This document shows positions 1 to 9,300 of a stretch of DNA of 64,000 nucleotides, one piece after another (within the stretch, counting starts at the first letter, position 1; every line of letters starts with the position of its first letter). Source of the stretch: Dehalococcoidales bacterium. Lineage in GTDB: Bacteria > Chloroflexota > Dehalococcoidia > Dehalococcoidales > RBG-16-60-22. A program made the translations under genes and the position numbers. The stretch lies in contig JBEKDZ010000004.1 of NCBI GenBank assembly GCA_050014095.1, positions 8,359-72,358 of the forward strand. Reading direction: 5' to 3'. The notes under the pieces are model-generated. The model searched no databases. It saw nothing but the letters and a program-made list of their open reading frames with translations, and had not been told where the DNA came from.

Positions 1-2171
1 CCGGCTACCTGGATAGCATCGGGCTGGGCTATAAGGACTTAAGCGCCGTCCAAGCCGGCATCGTGCTGACGTCCATTTCCGGATTCGGGCAGGAGGGTCC
101 TTATAAAAACTATAAAGACCCGGACATCGTCGTGCGGGCGCTAGGGGGGATGGTCTATACGGCAGGTTATGACGACCGGCCGCCGCTGACCGTCAGCTAC
201 GAGCATAGCCACAGCGCCGGGGCGATGAACGGCGCCGCCGGCACGATGATTGCCCTCATCCAGCGGGCGCACACCGGCAAAGGCCAGCATGTCGATGCCA
301 TTACCCAACAAGCCCTCGATATCATCTGCTCGGCGGAAATCGAAGGACCCTATGCCTTGTTCGGCCAGATTCCCACGCGGCACGGTCGTGCGCGGGCATC
401 CGTCACCCTCTTAGACGGCTCCACTTTCTTCAATACCCTGCTCTGGCCCTGTAAAGACGGCTATATCGCCCTCAACCTCCTCCTCAACCCCACCGCCGCT
501 AAGAACAACCATAGCATGATGGAGTACCTCAAGAAGGACGGTATCGATATCGGCTTCCTCGAGGGATGGGACTGGGAGAAGAAAAGCTGGGAGCACATGA
601 CGCGCGAGCAGGCGGAAAAGCTCATGGACTCGCTAGGCAAATTCTTTATGAACCACACCAAAGACGAGCTGCTCAAGCTAGCGATAGAAAATCGCTTCCA
701 GCTGGGGCCCTGCAACAACGCCGAAGACGTCCTCAAACACCCGCAGCTCGCCGCCCGCAAATTCTGGAAAGAAATCGAACACCCCGGGCTGGGCAAACTT
801 AAGTTCCCGGGCGGAGCAGTGGTAACGACGCAGGGCTACGTCGGCCCACGTACCAGAGCGCCGAAAATCGGGGAGCATAACGACGAGATACTGAAAGCTC
901 TCGATTCATTTAAAAAGTCGGCGGAAAAGCCGAAAACCTACGACAACAAAAAACCCTTTGAAGGCGTCAAGGTGGTACAGTTGTGCTGGGCGGGGGTAGG
1001 GGTTTACACGTGCAACTACCTCTCCCACTACGGCGCCACGACCATCCGCGTTGAGACCTCGACCCGCCCTGACCCCGTCAGGCTTTTCGCGCCTTTTGCG
1101 CCCACCAAACCAGGCGAACCTTTAGGACTTGAGCGCAGCGCCTTCTTTACCATTACGCATACGGCACCGGAGATGGGTATCAGCCTCAACTTTAAGCAGC
1201 CGGAGGCTTTGGAAATCTTTAAAAAGCTGGTTAAATGGGCGGACGTGGTGGCGGAGGGGTTTCCGGCGGGCGTCATGGATAAACAGGGACTGGACTACGA
1301 GGGGCTGAAGAAAATCAACCCGAATATCATCATGTTCCGCACCTGCGGCTATGGTCACACCGGCCCGATGGCGGACCAGCCCGGCTTCGGAAGTATTTTA
1401 ACAGCTGTCACGATGATGGACAATATCGTGGGCTGGCCGGATAGGCCACCCGTTCCCCCCTCCACCTACTATACCGACCAGCTTTCTCCGATGTACGCCT
1501 CGCTAGCAATTATGGCTGCCCTCGACTACCGCCGGCGTACCGGCAAGGGGCAGTACATCGACCATTCACAGATTGAAACGGGTCTTAATTATATGACACC
1601 CTTAATCCTCGATTATCAGGTGAATCATCGCGAGCTTAAGCCCAAGGGCAATAAGAGCAACTACGCCGCGCCGCATGGCATTTACCGCTGTAAAGGTGAA
1701 GATAGATGGGTTGCCATCGCCGTGATGAACGACGATGAATGGCAAAGCTTCGTGAAAGCGATGGGGAGTCCCAAATGGGCGTTGGACAATAAGTACGCCA
1801 AAACCGCCGACCGTGTGAAAAACAGCGACGCTTTAGATAAACTGGTAGAGGCGTGGACGATTAACTACCCGCCGGAAGCGGTAGAGGAAATGCTCCAGAA
1901 AGCGGGTGTGGGCGCGGGCGTCGTGGCTAACGCACAAGACATCGATGAGGACCCGCAGATGAATTACTACAATTTCTACCGGGAGATAGAGCATCCCTAC
2001 GTGGGCAAGCTGCGTTACTACCACCCCGCCCCGATAAAGCTATCGGCGGTAGAGACGGCGGTGGGTCGGCCAGTTTTATTAGGCGAGCATACGGACTATA
2101 TCTGCACCAAGATTCTCGGCATGTCCCAGAATGAAGTAGATAAACTGAGGCAAAAAGGCGCTTTTGAATAA
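1..2171 (+). CDS. Family III (CaiB/BaiF-type) CoA-transferase with two tandem transferase modules in one polypeptide; 5' end cut by window edge
   Basis: ORF 63..2171 stays open in the same frame back to base 3 (GYLDSIGLGYKDLSAVQAGIVLTSISGFGQEGPY, typical family III motif). A second module restarts around FEGVKVVQLCWAGVGVY and contains YTDQLSPMYASLAIMAAL...GKGQYID. Confidence 0.8.
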   Translation, partial: GYLDSIGLGYKDLSAVQAGIVLTSISGFGQEGPYKNYKDPDIVVRALGGMVYTAGYDDRPPLTVSYEHSHSAGAMNGAAGTMIALIQRAHTGKGQHVDAITQQALDIICSAEIEGPYALFGQIPTRHGRARASVTLLDGSTFFNTLLWPCKDGYIALNLLLNPTAAKNNHSMMEYLKKDGIDIGFLEGWDWEKKSWEHMTREQAEKLMDSLGKFFMNHTKDELLKLAIENRFQLGPCNNAEDVLKHPQLAARKFWKEIEHPGLGKLKFPGGAVVTTQGYVGPRTRAPKIGEHNDEILKALDSFKKSAEKPKTYDNKKPFEGVKVVQLCWAGVGVYTCNYLSHYGATTIRVETSTRPDPVRLFAPFAPTKPGEPLGLERSAFFTITHTAPEMGISLNFKQPEALEIFKKLVKWADVVAEGFPAGVMDKQGLDYEGLKKINPNIIMFRTCGYGHTGPMADQPGFGSILTAVTMMDNIVGWPDRPPVPPSTYYTDQLSPMYASLAIMAALDYRRRTGKGQYIDHSQIETGLNYMTPLILDYQVNHRELKPKGNKSNYAAPHGIYRCKGEDRWVAIAVMNDDEWQSFVKAMGSPKWALDNKYAKTADRVKNSDALDKLVEAWTINYPPEAVEEMLQKAGVGAGVVANAQDIDEDPQMNYYNFYREIEHPYVGKLRYYHPAPIKLSAVETAVGRPVLLGEHTDYICTKILGMSQNEVDKLRQKGAFE

Positions 2172-2179
2172 TCAAAAAC

Positions 2180-2243
2180 TGTCATTCTGAGGGAGTCCCG
2201 ATTTGCCTTTTCTTTTCCTCAAATCGGGACGACCGTGAGAATC
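2180..2243. repeat. Family A-related repeat arm (TGTCATTCTGAGGGAG...GACCGTGAGAATC) carrying an internal perfect 10-bp hairpin
   Basis: The ends match the left arm of the element at 62301 (TGTCATTGTGAGGGAG...GACCGTGACAATC). Internal stem GTCCCGATTT (2195-2204) pairs with AAATCGGGAC (2221-2230). Confidence 0.6.
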
Positions 2244-2255
2244 TGGTTGAAAGAA

Positions 2256-2281
2256 CTGGATCCCGATTTTCATCGGGATGG
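2256..2281. repeat. Family B-type short hairpin repeat (CTGGATCCCGAT-TTTC-ATCGGGATGG)
   Basis: 8-bp stem ATCCCGAT/ATCGGGAT with a 4-nt loop. It has the same CTGGAT...ATGG frame as the copy at 29044-29069. Confidence 0.55.
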
Positions 2282-2304
2282 TAGAGTCTCTAAAAAGACT
2301 CTAC
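2281..2304 (-). terminator. Hairpin overlapping the fdhA stop codon; possible terminator in the convergent gap
   Basis: GTAGAGTC-N8-GACTCTAC is a perfect 8-bp stem, followed on the minus strand by the 2256-2281 hairpin. No strong U-tract. Confidence 0.35.
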
Positions 2305-5255
2305 CACTTTTCTTGTTCGGAACGCGAAAGCAGCCAGACCCTAAGTCGGTCGTTAAGCTTGCCGGTCAGCGACTCTATTTTCGCTACGTCCCCGCTTAAG
2401 ATAGCCGCCTTTTCTGCGTCGTTAAGCTTATATCCCTTTAAAGCGTCCTCCGGGCCGCGGGCAACCTGGTCGACAAAAGCAGGTTCCCGGCTGGCGCGGT
2501 AGAGAGCCGATAGCATGGCTTCTTTGCCGCTGACCGCGTGCTTGCTGATTTTCACAGGGCAGGTCTTATATGCCGGCGTGCCGGTAATCGGGTCGAGCGT
2601 TTCTTTAGCGGAGCTGATAAGCTCATTAGTAGGCGTCTCCGCGAAGTGGAAAGCCATATGCACTACACCCGGCGGCACGGCATCGGTAACGCGCGCCCGG
2701 ACATTGACCTCCCCATGTCGGGAAGCTACCTGGATAATATCAGCCTGATTGATGCCCAGCGAGGCGGCGTCGGCAGGATTTATCTGGCACTCTTCCTCGT
2801 TCATGAGGATATTCAGCACATCCACCTTGCGCGTCATCGTGGCATGATAGTGATATAGCCGCCGTCCGGTCATCAGCATGAGGGGGTACTCGGCATCCGT
2901 CATCTGGACGGGCGGACGGTACTTAAGCGGCACGAAATTGCCTTTACCGGAAGGCCTGGCAAAGATTTCTTCGTGCATAATGCAGGTGCCGGGGTGGTCT
3001 TCGCTCGGGCAGGGCCATTGCAAACTGCCTTCATCGAGTCGCTTATAGGTAATGCCACCATAGCTGGGGGTAAGGCGGGCGATTTCTTCCATAATCTTGC
3101 TGGCATCCGCATAATCGAAGCCCTTGGCCCCCATGCACCGGGCTATCTCGCCGATAATCCAGCAATCGTCTTTGCTTTCGCCGATGGGTTCGATGGCTTT
3201 ACGGATACGCTGCACGCGGCGCTCGGTGTTAGTGAAAGTGCCATCTTTTTCCGCATAGCTGCAGGCAGGGAGAATTACATGGGCGTACTCTGCCGTCTCG
3301 TTAAGGAACATATCCTGGAAGACGAAGAAATCCAGCTTGCTTAGCGCCTCGCGGATATGGTGACTATCGGGGTCGGTCAGCACCGGATTCTCCCCCATGA
3401 TATACATAGCTTTTATATCACCGTCGAGTATAGCGGGGAACATCGTAGTCAGCTTCATGCCCGGCTCGCGGCTTAGCTTCACGCCCCAGGCCGCTTCGAA
3501 CTTCTTGACGGATTCATCGTTCGAGACCGACTGGTAGCCGGTAAAAACGTTAGGCAGCGCGCCCATATCGCAGGCGCCCTGGACGTTATTCTGTCCCCTT
3601 AGCGGGTTGACCCCGGCGCCGGGTTTGCCGATATTGCCGGTAAGCATGGCCAGGTTGCCGTTGGCGATGACATTATCCGTGCCGTGGCTATGCTCGCAGA
3701 TGCCCATGGCGTAGAGAATGGTGGCAGGGCTGGTGGTGGCATACATGCGGGCGGCTTTAACGAGCAGGTCGGCATCCACGCCGGTAGTTTTCGCCACCCA
3801 GTCCAGCGGGTAATTTTTAAGCGCGTCGCGGAAAGCCGCGAAATTCTCACAACGCTTTTCAACGAAGTCTTTATCGTACAATCCTTCGTCGTAAATAATG
3901 CGGCATAAACCCATGAGCAGGGCGACATCCGTGCCGACGCGGTGGCGAATCCAAAGGTCGGCATCACGCACAAAATCTACCTCCATGGGGTTGGCGACGA
4001 TGAGCTTGGCGCCATTGCGGACGACCTGCCGCACCTTCATCGCCAGAACGGGATGCGCCTCGGGGGCATTGGTGCCGATGGCAAGGACGCATTTAGCGTT
4101 AGCGAAGTCATCGATATTATTCGTCATCGCCCCGCTGCCGAAGGTAGTGGCCAGACCGGCCACGGTAGGGGCATGTCAAAGACGGGCACAGTGGTCGACG
4201 TTATTGGTATGCAGCACCGCCCGTCCGAACTTCTGCATGAGGTAGTTGGCTTCGTTGGTGCTCCGCGCCGAGGAAACCACACCGACCTCACTAGGTTTAT
4301 AGGTCTTTAGTTTACTGGCTACCAGGTTGAGAGCCTCTTCCCAGGTAGCTTTTTCAAACTTACCGTTCTTTTTAATGAGCGGGGTGGTCAGGCGGTCTTT
4401 AGAGTGGATGAAGTCCGCCACGCCGAAGCGCCCCTTGACGCAGAGATGCCCTTCATTGGAAGGACCTTCCTTATCGCCACGCACGCTGATGACCTCGCCG
4501 CCGCGGATGCCCAGGTAAACCTGGCAGCCCACCGCGCAGTAAGGGCAGGTGGTTTTTACCTCCCGCGTGACCAGGCGGCTCTCCCGGAAGGTAAGCGCGC
4601 CGGTGGGGCAGCGGGCAACACATTCCCCGCAGGTCTCACAGCGCGAAATCAAGATGGGTTTATCTCCCAGCGTACTTACCGTGGCTAAATCGCCCCGGAA
4701 AGCCATGTCGATAGCGTCGATGCCGGTTACCTCGTGGCAGGCGCGCCAGCAGCGACCGCAGAGAATACACTTATTCATGTCGCGCACATAAGCGGGGTTG
4801 CTATCATCAACGGGGACGACGCGGGTTCGTTTGCGGAGTCGGTTAAAATGTTTCTCCTCCACACCGAGATAGCGCGCCACTTTCTGGAGCTCGCAGTTCT
4901 GGTTCTTGAAGCAAGTGAGGCAATCACCCTGATGGTTAGCCATGATAAGCTCCATGGTGATGCGGCGGGAGCGACTCACCGCGGGCGTCTCGGTGTGAAC
5001 GACCATGTCGTTGGTAGCCTCGGTGGTGCAGGAAGGAGGCAGACCGCGCATTTTCTCAATCTCCACGATGCAAAGTCGGCAAGCGCCGTATGGCTTGAGG
5101 TCGGGCTCGTAGCAGAGAGTGGGGATATAGACGCTCGCCTTGAGGGCGGCTTCCAATACCGTCGTGCCCTGTGATACCTCAACTTTCACACCGTCGATAG
5201 TCAAAGAGATGGTCTTGAGCTTTTTATCATCTAACGCGGTCGAGCCATTCGTCAT
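2301..5255 (-). CDS. fdhA: Formate dehydrogenase catalytic subunit (Mo/W-bis-PGD, NuoG-like Fe-S N-terminus), selenocysteine-containing
   Basis: ORFs 4176..5255 and 2301..4163 share one frame and are joined by an in-frame TGA (minus strand, 4176-4178). The junction reads [27 protein letters not shown], the conserved Sec/Cys active-site motif. The N-terminus has 2Fe-2S (CYEPDLKPYGACRLC) and several 4Fe-4S Cys motifs, followed by molybdopterin domains. Confidence 0.9.
4147..4178 (-). promoter_or_regulatory. UGA(Sec) codon plus bacterial SECIS hairpin of fdhA
   Basis: The RNA reads UGA CAU GCC CCU ACC GUGGCC-GGUCU-GGCCAC. It forms a perfect 6-bp stem (plus-strand 4147-4163) with a GGUCU apical loop. 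This puts G and U at +23/+24 from the U of UGA, as I recall for the E. coli fdhF SECIS. Confidence 0.8.
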
Positions 5256-5286
5256 CGGTCGCCTCCAAACTTAATCATCATCGCAA

Positions 5287-7197
5287 CTATGTTTTGGCCC
5301 GCACGGGGATAGGTTCGGCGGGAGCTTTGATAGGCTCACCGGAGACCTTGGCCACGGCGCGAACCTTTTTAGGACAGATATCGTAGCAACTGCCACACTT
5401 AATACACTTCGCCTGGTCGATAACATGCACCATTTTTTTAGCGCCCGTTATCGCGTTGACCGGGCAGACGCGGGCGCAAGCGCCGCAGGCGATACATTTA
5501 TCAGCATCGATATAATACTGAACCAGCGCCCTACATGCCAGCGCCGGACAGCGCTTTTCGTTGATATGGGCTTCATACTCATCGCGGAAGTAGCGGATGG
5601 TAGTGAGGACAGGATTAGGAGCCGTTCCGCCGAGAGCGCAGAGCGAGCCGTTTTTCACCGCGTCGCCCACTTCCAGCAGCAGGTCAATATCGCCCGGTTT
5701 GCCTTTGCCAGTAACAATGTCGTTCAAAATATCCAGCATCTGCTTGGTGCCCCAGCGGCACTGGATGCACTTGCCGCAGGACTCAAGCTGGGTAAAAGTG
5801 AGGAAATAGCGGGCGACATCCACCATGCAATTGTCTTCATCCATGACGACCATGCCGCCGGAACCCACGATGGAGCCAGCCGCTGCCAGGGTCTCGTAAT
5901 CTACTGGCGTATCAAGGAAGCTGGTCGGCAGGCAGCCGCCGGAAGGCCCACCGGTCTGGACAGCCTTGAACTTTTTATCGCCGAAGATACCGCCGCCGAT
6001 GCCGTAGATAACCTCACGCAGGGTTATGCCCATCGGCACCTCGATAAGACCCGTCCTATTTACTTTACCTACCAGCGAAAAGGTCTTGGTACCCTTACTG
6101 CCCTGGGTGCCGTAGGTAGCCCACCAGTCCGCCCTCTTTTGCATAATGGCGGAGACGTGAGCCCAAGTCTCGACGTTATTGATATTGGTCGGTTTGCCCC
6201 ATAGTCCTGATTGGGCGGGGAAAGGGGGACGGGGGCGGGGCATACCCCGCGCGCCTTCGATAGAAGCCATCATGGCAGTCTCCTCGCCACAGACGAAAGC
6301 GCCGGCGCCCTCTTTTATCTTGATATGGAAATTGAGACCGGCACCCATGATGTTATCGCCCAATAAGCCGTACTTTTCCATCTGCTCGAGGGCAGTCTTC
6401 AAGCGCTGGATAGCCAGCGGGTACTCGGCACGGCAGTAGATATAGCCCTCGGAGGCGCCGATGGCATAAGCGCCGATGAGCATACCTTCCAGGATGGCGT
6501 GGGGGTCGCCCTCCAGCACGGCGCGGTTCATAAAAGCGCCGGGGTCGCCTTCATCGGCGTTGCAAATAATATACTTAGGGGAGCCGGCAGCGTCATGGCA
6601 AAACTGCCATTTATTCCCGGTGGGAAAGCCAGCGCCACCCCTGCCGCGCAGTCCCGATTTCTTGATTTCATCAATAACTTCCTGCTGCTTCATTTTTAGG
6701 GCGCGCTGGATTCCTGTATAACCGCCATTAGCGATATAATGGTCGATAGACGAGGGGTCGATATTGCCGCAGTTGCGCATTACCAGACGCACCTGGGGTT
6801 TAAAGACGGGGGACTCGGCGAGGGGAGGAATACCGTCGATGCTACCTTCGCCGCGGGAACCCAGAGCGAGGTCGGGACGGGGATTATCACCGGCAAGATA
6901 GTCGCGGACGATTTCCGCCATCAGCTCCGGCGTGAGATTGCCGTAGAAAATGCTTGGCTTATCGGGTTTGACTATCTCCACCAGGGGCTCGGCGTAGCAA
7001 AAACCGATACAGCCGACCTGGGTTATTTCCGCCTTCAGATTATACTTTTCCAGTTCCTGATGGAGGGCAGCGAGGACAGCCTCGGCGCCGGCGGCGATAC
7101 CACAAGTGCCCATGCCGATGAAGATGCGGGGCCGGGTGCTTTTTTGCGTCGCCTGCCACTGCGTTTGGGCTCTCTCTTTTATCTCTTCAAAATTCAT
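5287..7197 (-). CDS. NuoF/HydB-like NAD(P)H-binding flavoprotein subunit (FMN, Fe-S) with N-terminal thioredoxin-like and C-terminal 2x[4Fe-4S] ferredoxin domains
   Basis: Contains GLRGRGGAGFPTG (NuoF FMN/NAD site), ESCGKCIQCR (N3 cluster) and C-terminal CIACGACARVCP / CIKCGSCYDICP motifs. Operonic with fdhA. Confidence 0.85.
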   Translation of the reverse strand: MNFEEIKERAQTQWQATQKSTRPRIFIGMGTCGIAAGAEAVLAALHQELEKYNLKAEITQVGCIGFCYAEPLVEIVKPDKPSIFYGNLTPELMAEIVRDYLAGDNPRPDLALGSRGEGSIDGIPPLAESPVFKPQVRLVMRNCGNIDPSSIDHYIANGGYTGIQRALKMKQQEVIDEIKKSGLRGRGGAGFPTGNKWQFCHDAAGSPKYIICNADEGDPGAFMNRAVLEGDPHAILEGMLIGAYAIGASEGYIYCRAEYPLAIQRLKTALEQMEKYGLLGDNIMGAGLNFHIKIKEGAGAFVCGEETAMMASIEGARGMPRPRPPFPAQSGLWGKPTNINNVETWAHVSAIMQKRADWWATYGTQGSKGTKTFSLVGKVNRTGLIEVPMGITLREVIYGIGGGIFGDKKFKAVQTGGPSGGCLPTSFLDTPVDYETLAAAGSIVGSGGMVVMDEDNCMVDVARYFLTFTQLESCGKCIQCRWGTKQMLDILNDIVTGKGKPGDIDLLLEVGDAVKNGSLCALGGTAPNPVLTTIRYFRDEYEAHINEKRCPALACRALVQYYIDADKCIACGACARVCPVNAITGAKKMVHVIDQAKCIKCGSCYDICPKKVRAVAKVSGEPIKAPAEPIPVRAKT

Positions 7198-7259
7198 GCT
7201 ATCCCCCTTACCAGGCTAATCACGCACGGAATATCTCAAGAAACCGGCAAACGAGAACA

Positions 7260-7772
7260 TTACTTTTTACCCTTTATCAATTCCCTGGCTTTTTCCGGTG
7301 TCATGCGGCCGTACACCCTATCGTTGACGACGACGACGGGCGCTAGGGCGCAGGAGCCGAAGCAGGCGACCGTTTCCAGTGAATATTCCAGGTCTTTGGT
7401 GCTGCCGCCTTCTTTAATACCAAGTACCTTTTCCAGCTCTTCAAGGATGCGGGGCGACCCCTTGACGTAGCAGCCCGTGCCGCGGCAGACCTTGATAGTG
7501 TTGCGTCCCATGGGGACGAACTTGAACTGGGCGTAAAATGTAGCCACACCGAAGACCGTACTTTCCGGCACTTTTACAAAACCAGCAATATTTCTCATGG
7601 CTGCCTGCGGTAAATAGCCGAGCTTCTGTTGCACCTGCTGCAGGATAGGGATTAACTCGGCTTTATCTCCGGTAAAAGATGCCAGCACCTTGTCAATGGC
7701 ATCCGTGATATCTTTTTCATCCGGTCGACTGGTTTTTATCGCATTTTGGTTACTTTCATTAACGCTCATCAA
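7260..7772 (-). CDS. NuoE/HydC-like 2Fe-2S (24-kDa type) subunit
   Basis: LIPILQQVQQKLGYLP...VCRGTGCYVKG...ETVACFGSCALAPVVVV is the typical NuoE fold. It is the first gene of the nuoE-nuoF-fdhA unit. Confidence 0.85.
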   Translation of the reverse strand: MMSVNESNQNAIKTSRPDEKDITDAIDKVLASFTGDKAELIPILQQVQQKLGYLPQAAMRNIAGFVKVPESTVFGVATFYAQFKFVPMGRNTIKVCRGTGCYVKGSPRILEELEKVLGIKEGGSTKDLEYSLETVACFGSCALAPVVVVNDRVYGRMTPEKARELIKGKK

Positions 7773-8111
7773 ATACCTCGCTTAGTTGACCTCTTTTCAT
7801 GATAAAGCGCCGCAGTTTAAGGGATAAAAGCAAGTAAAACTGGCAGTTTATATTATAGAAGGAAAATTCTATACCTATTATTAGCATCTAGCGGCTTGAA
7901 TTTCAAGCTGGGCAATAAAGTAGGGAATTGATAATCAAAGGCAACTGTTTAAAAGAGATTTTCCGGCGATATTTGCTTAGAGGGTTTTATCCACCTTGCC
8001 ACTTGATGGCGCACTCCCGCCTTGTAGAGGAAAAATAAAACGGAAAAAGCGATGATACCAAAAGGAACAGCTAGAGAGTGCTACCTTGGCGCTTGCTTCC
8101 GTACGGCAGGG

Positions 8112-9251
8112 TTACTTGTCAGAATCATTGAGGCGCAGGCCTTCAATCAAGGCTTTTACCGCCATGGGACAAAACTGACTGCCGGAGCAATCGTTGAGTT
8201 CTTTAACGGCAATATCAATGGGCAAAGCCGAGCGATAAGCGCGGTCGGTGGTCATGGTGTCAAAGGCATCAGCCACGGCAATGAGGCGGGCGCCCAAGGG
8301 AATAGCGTCACCCTTTAATCCATTGGGATAGCCCGTGCCATCGTGTTTTTCATGATGGCTAAGCACAAACTCAGCCGCTTTTTCTAGAAAAGGAATTTCT
8401 CTTAAGAGCTCCGCCCCGGTCACCGGATGGGCACGTATTATCTCCCATTCTTCCGGCGTCAAGGGACCGGTCTTACTCAAGATACTAGAATCAATAGTCA
8501 TTTTACCGACGTCATGGAGAATACCCGCGTATTCCAGAGTCTGCACCTCGTCAGAAGAGAATGAGAGCGCTAGGCCAGCCTTGGATGAATATTCCATCAC
8601 CCTTTGAGAATGACCTCGTGTAGAGGGGTCTTTGGCATCGATGGCTGCTGCCAGCGCCATAATGGTGCTTTTATAGGCTTCCATTAGCGTCTGTTGCAGC
8701 CGGGTATTTTCAATCGCCATAGCGGTGGTGTTTGCTACGGCAACGACGGCTTCCATATCCTGCTCGTCGAAAACCTTTCCCTCGCATTTGTTGAGCACCT
8801 CTATCACACCGAGAGTCTTGCGGTCGATGCTAAGCGGGGCGCAAACCAGCGATTTAGTATAAAAACCGGTAGTATCGTCAATCACTTTATGAAAATTAGT
8901 GCTCCGGGTGACATCATTAACAATCAGTGGTTTGCCGGTACGCACTACCTGACCGGCAATACCGTATTGAGTGCTTAATTTCGCCTGTCGCAACGTCTTG
9001 CCAACAGGACCGGTGACAGCTTCGAAATACAGCTCCTGGTCATTATCTCTGAATAATAGCACCGAAGCCGCTTCAGCATTGAGCGTACGCTGGGTCATCA
9101 TGATTACCTGTTCCAGCAAATCCTGCATGCGTGTGCTATTCTCCGCTTTTTTATTCGTCTCACGAAGCATCTCTAAGCGCGCAATATTATCCCGCTCTAT
9201 ATGGCCGGAAGGTATCTTCCCGAATTTAGTTCGCTCTAGACTATTAACCAT
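8112..9251 (-). CDS. GAF domain + HD-GYP domain phosphodiesterase
   Basis: N-terminal GAF-like region (ASVLLFRDNDQELYFEAVTG...LVCAPL...GVIEVLNK). C-terminal HD-GYP signatures are ILHDVGK and HHEKHDGTGYPNGL. Confidence 0.85.
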   Translation of the reverse strand: MVNSLERTKFGKIPSGHIERDNIARLEMLRETNKKAENSTRMQDLLEQVIMMTQRTLNAEAASVLLFRDNDQELYFEAVTGPVGKTLRQAKLSTQYGIAGQVVRTGKPLIVNDVTRSTNFHKVIDDTTGFYTKSLVCAPLSIDRKTLGVIEVLNKCEGKVFDEQDMEAVVAVANTTAMAIENTRLQQTLMEAYKSTIMALAAAIDAKDPSTRGHSQRVMEYSSKAGLALSFSSDEVQTLEYAGILHDVGKMTIDSSILSKTGPLTPEEWEIIRAHPVTGAELLREIPFLEKAAEFVLSHHEKHDGTGYPNGLKGDAIPLGARLIAVADAFDTMTTDRAYRSALPIDIAVKELNDCSGSQFCPMAVKALIEGLRLNDSDK

Positions 9252-9300
9252 TGCCGTTTCCTTATCTGCCTGTTTATGCTAGCAATCGACCCCTTGCTAC

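Noticed and set aside
2301-4163. Independent gene starting at GTG 4163, as in the ORF track
   Set aside because: That start would delete the conserved active-site segment. The upstream ORF is in frame and separated only by TGA in the Sec position, and the supposed start lies inside the SECIS stem.
7894-7908. Perfect palindrome GCTTGAA-T-TTCAAGC upstream of the nuoE-fdhA operon, considered as an FNR/CRP-type site
   Set aside because: The half-site spacing (TTGAA-N1-TTCAA) does not fit the TTGAT-N4-ATCAA geometry, and it lies more than 120 nt from the start codon. It is noted as a palindrome only, with no functional call.
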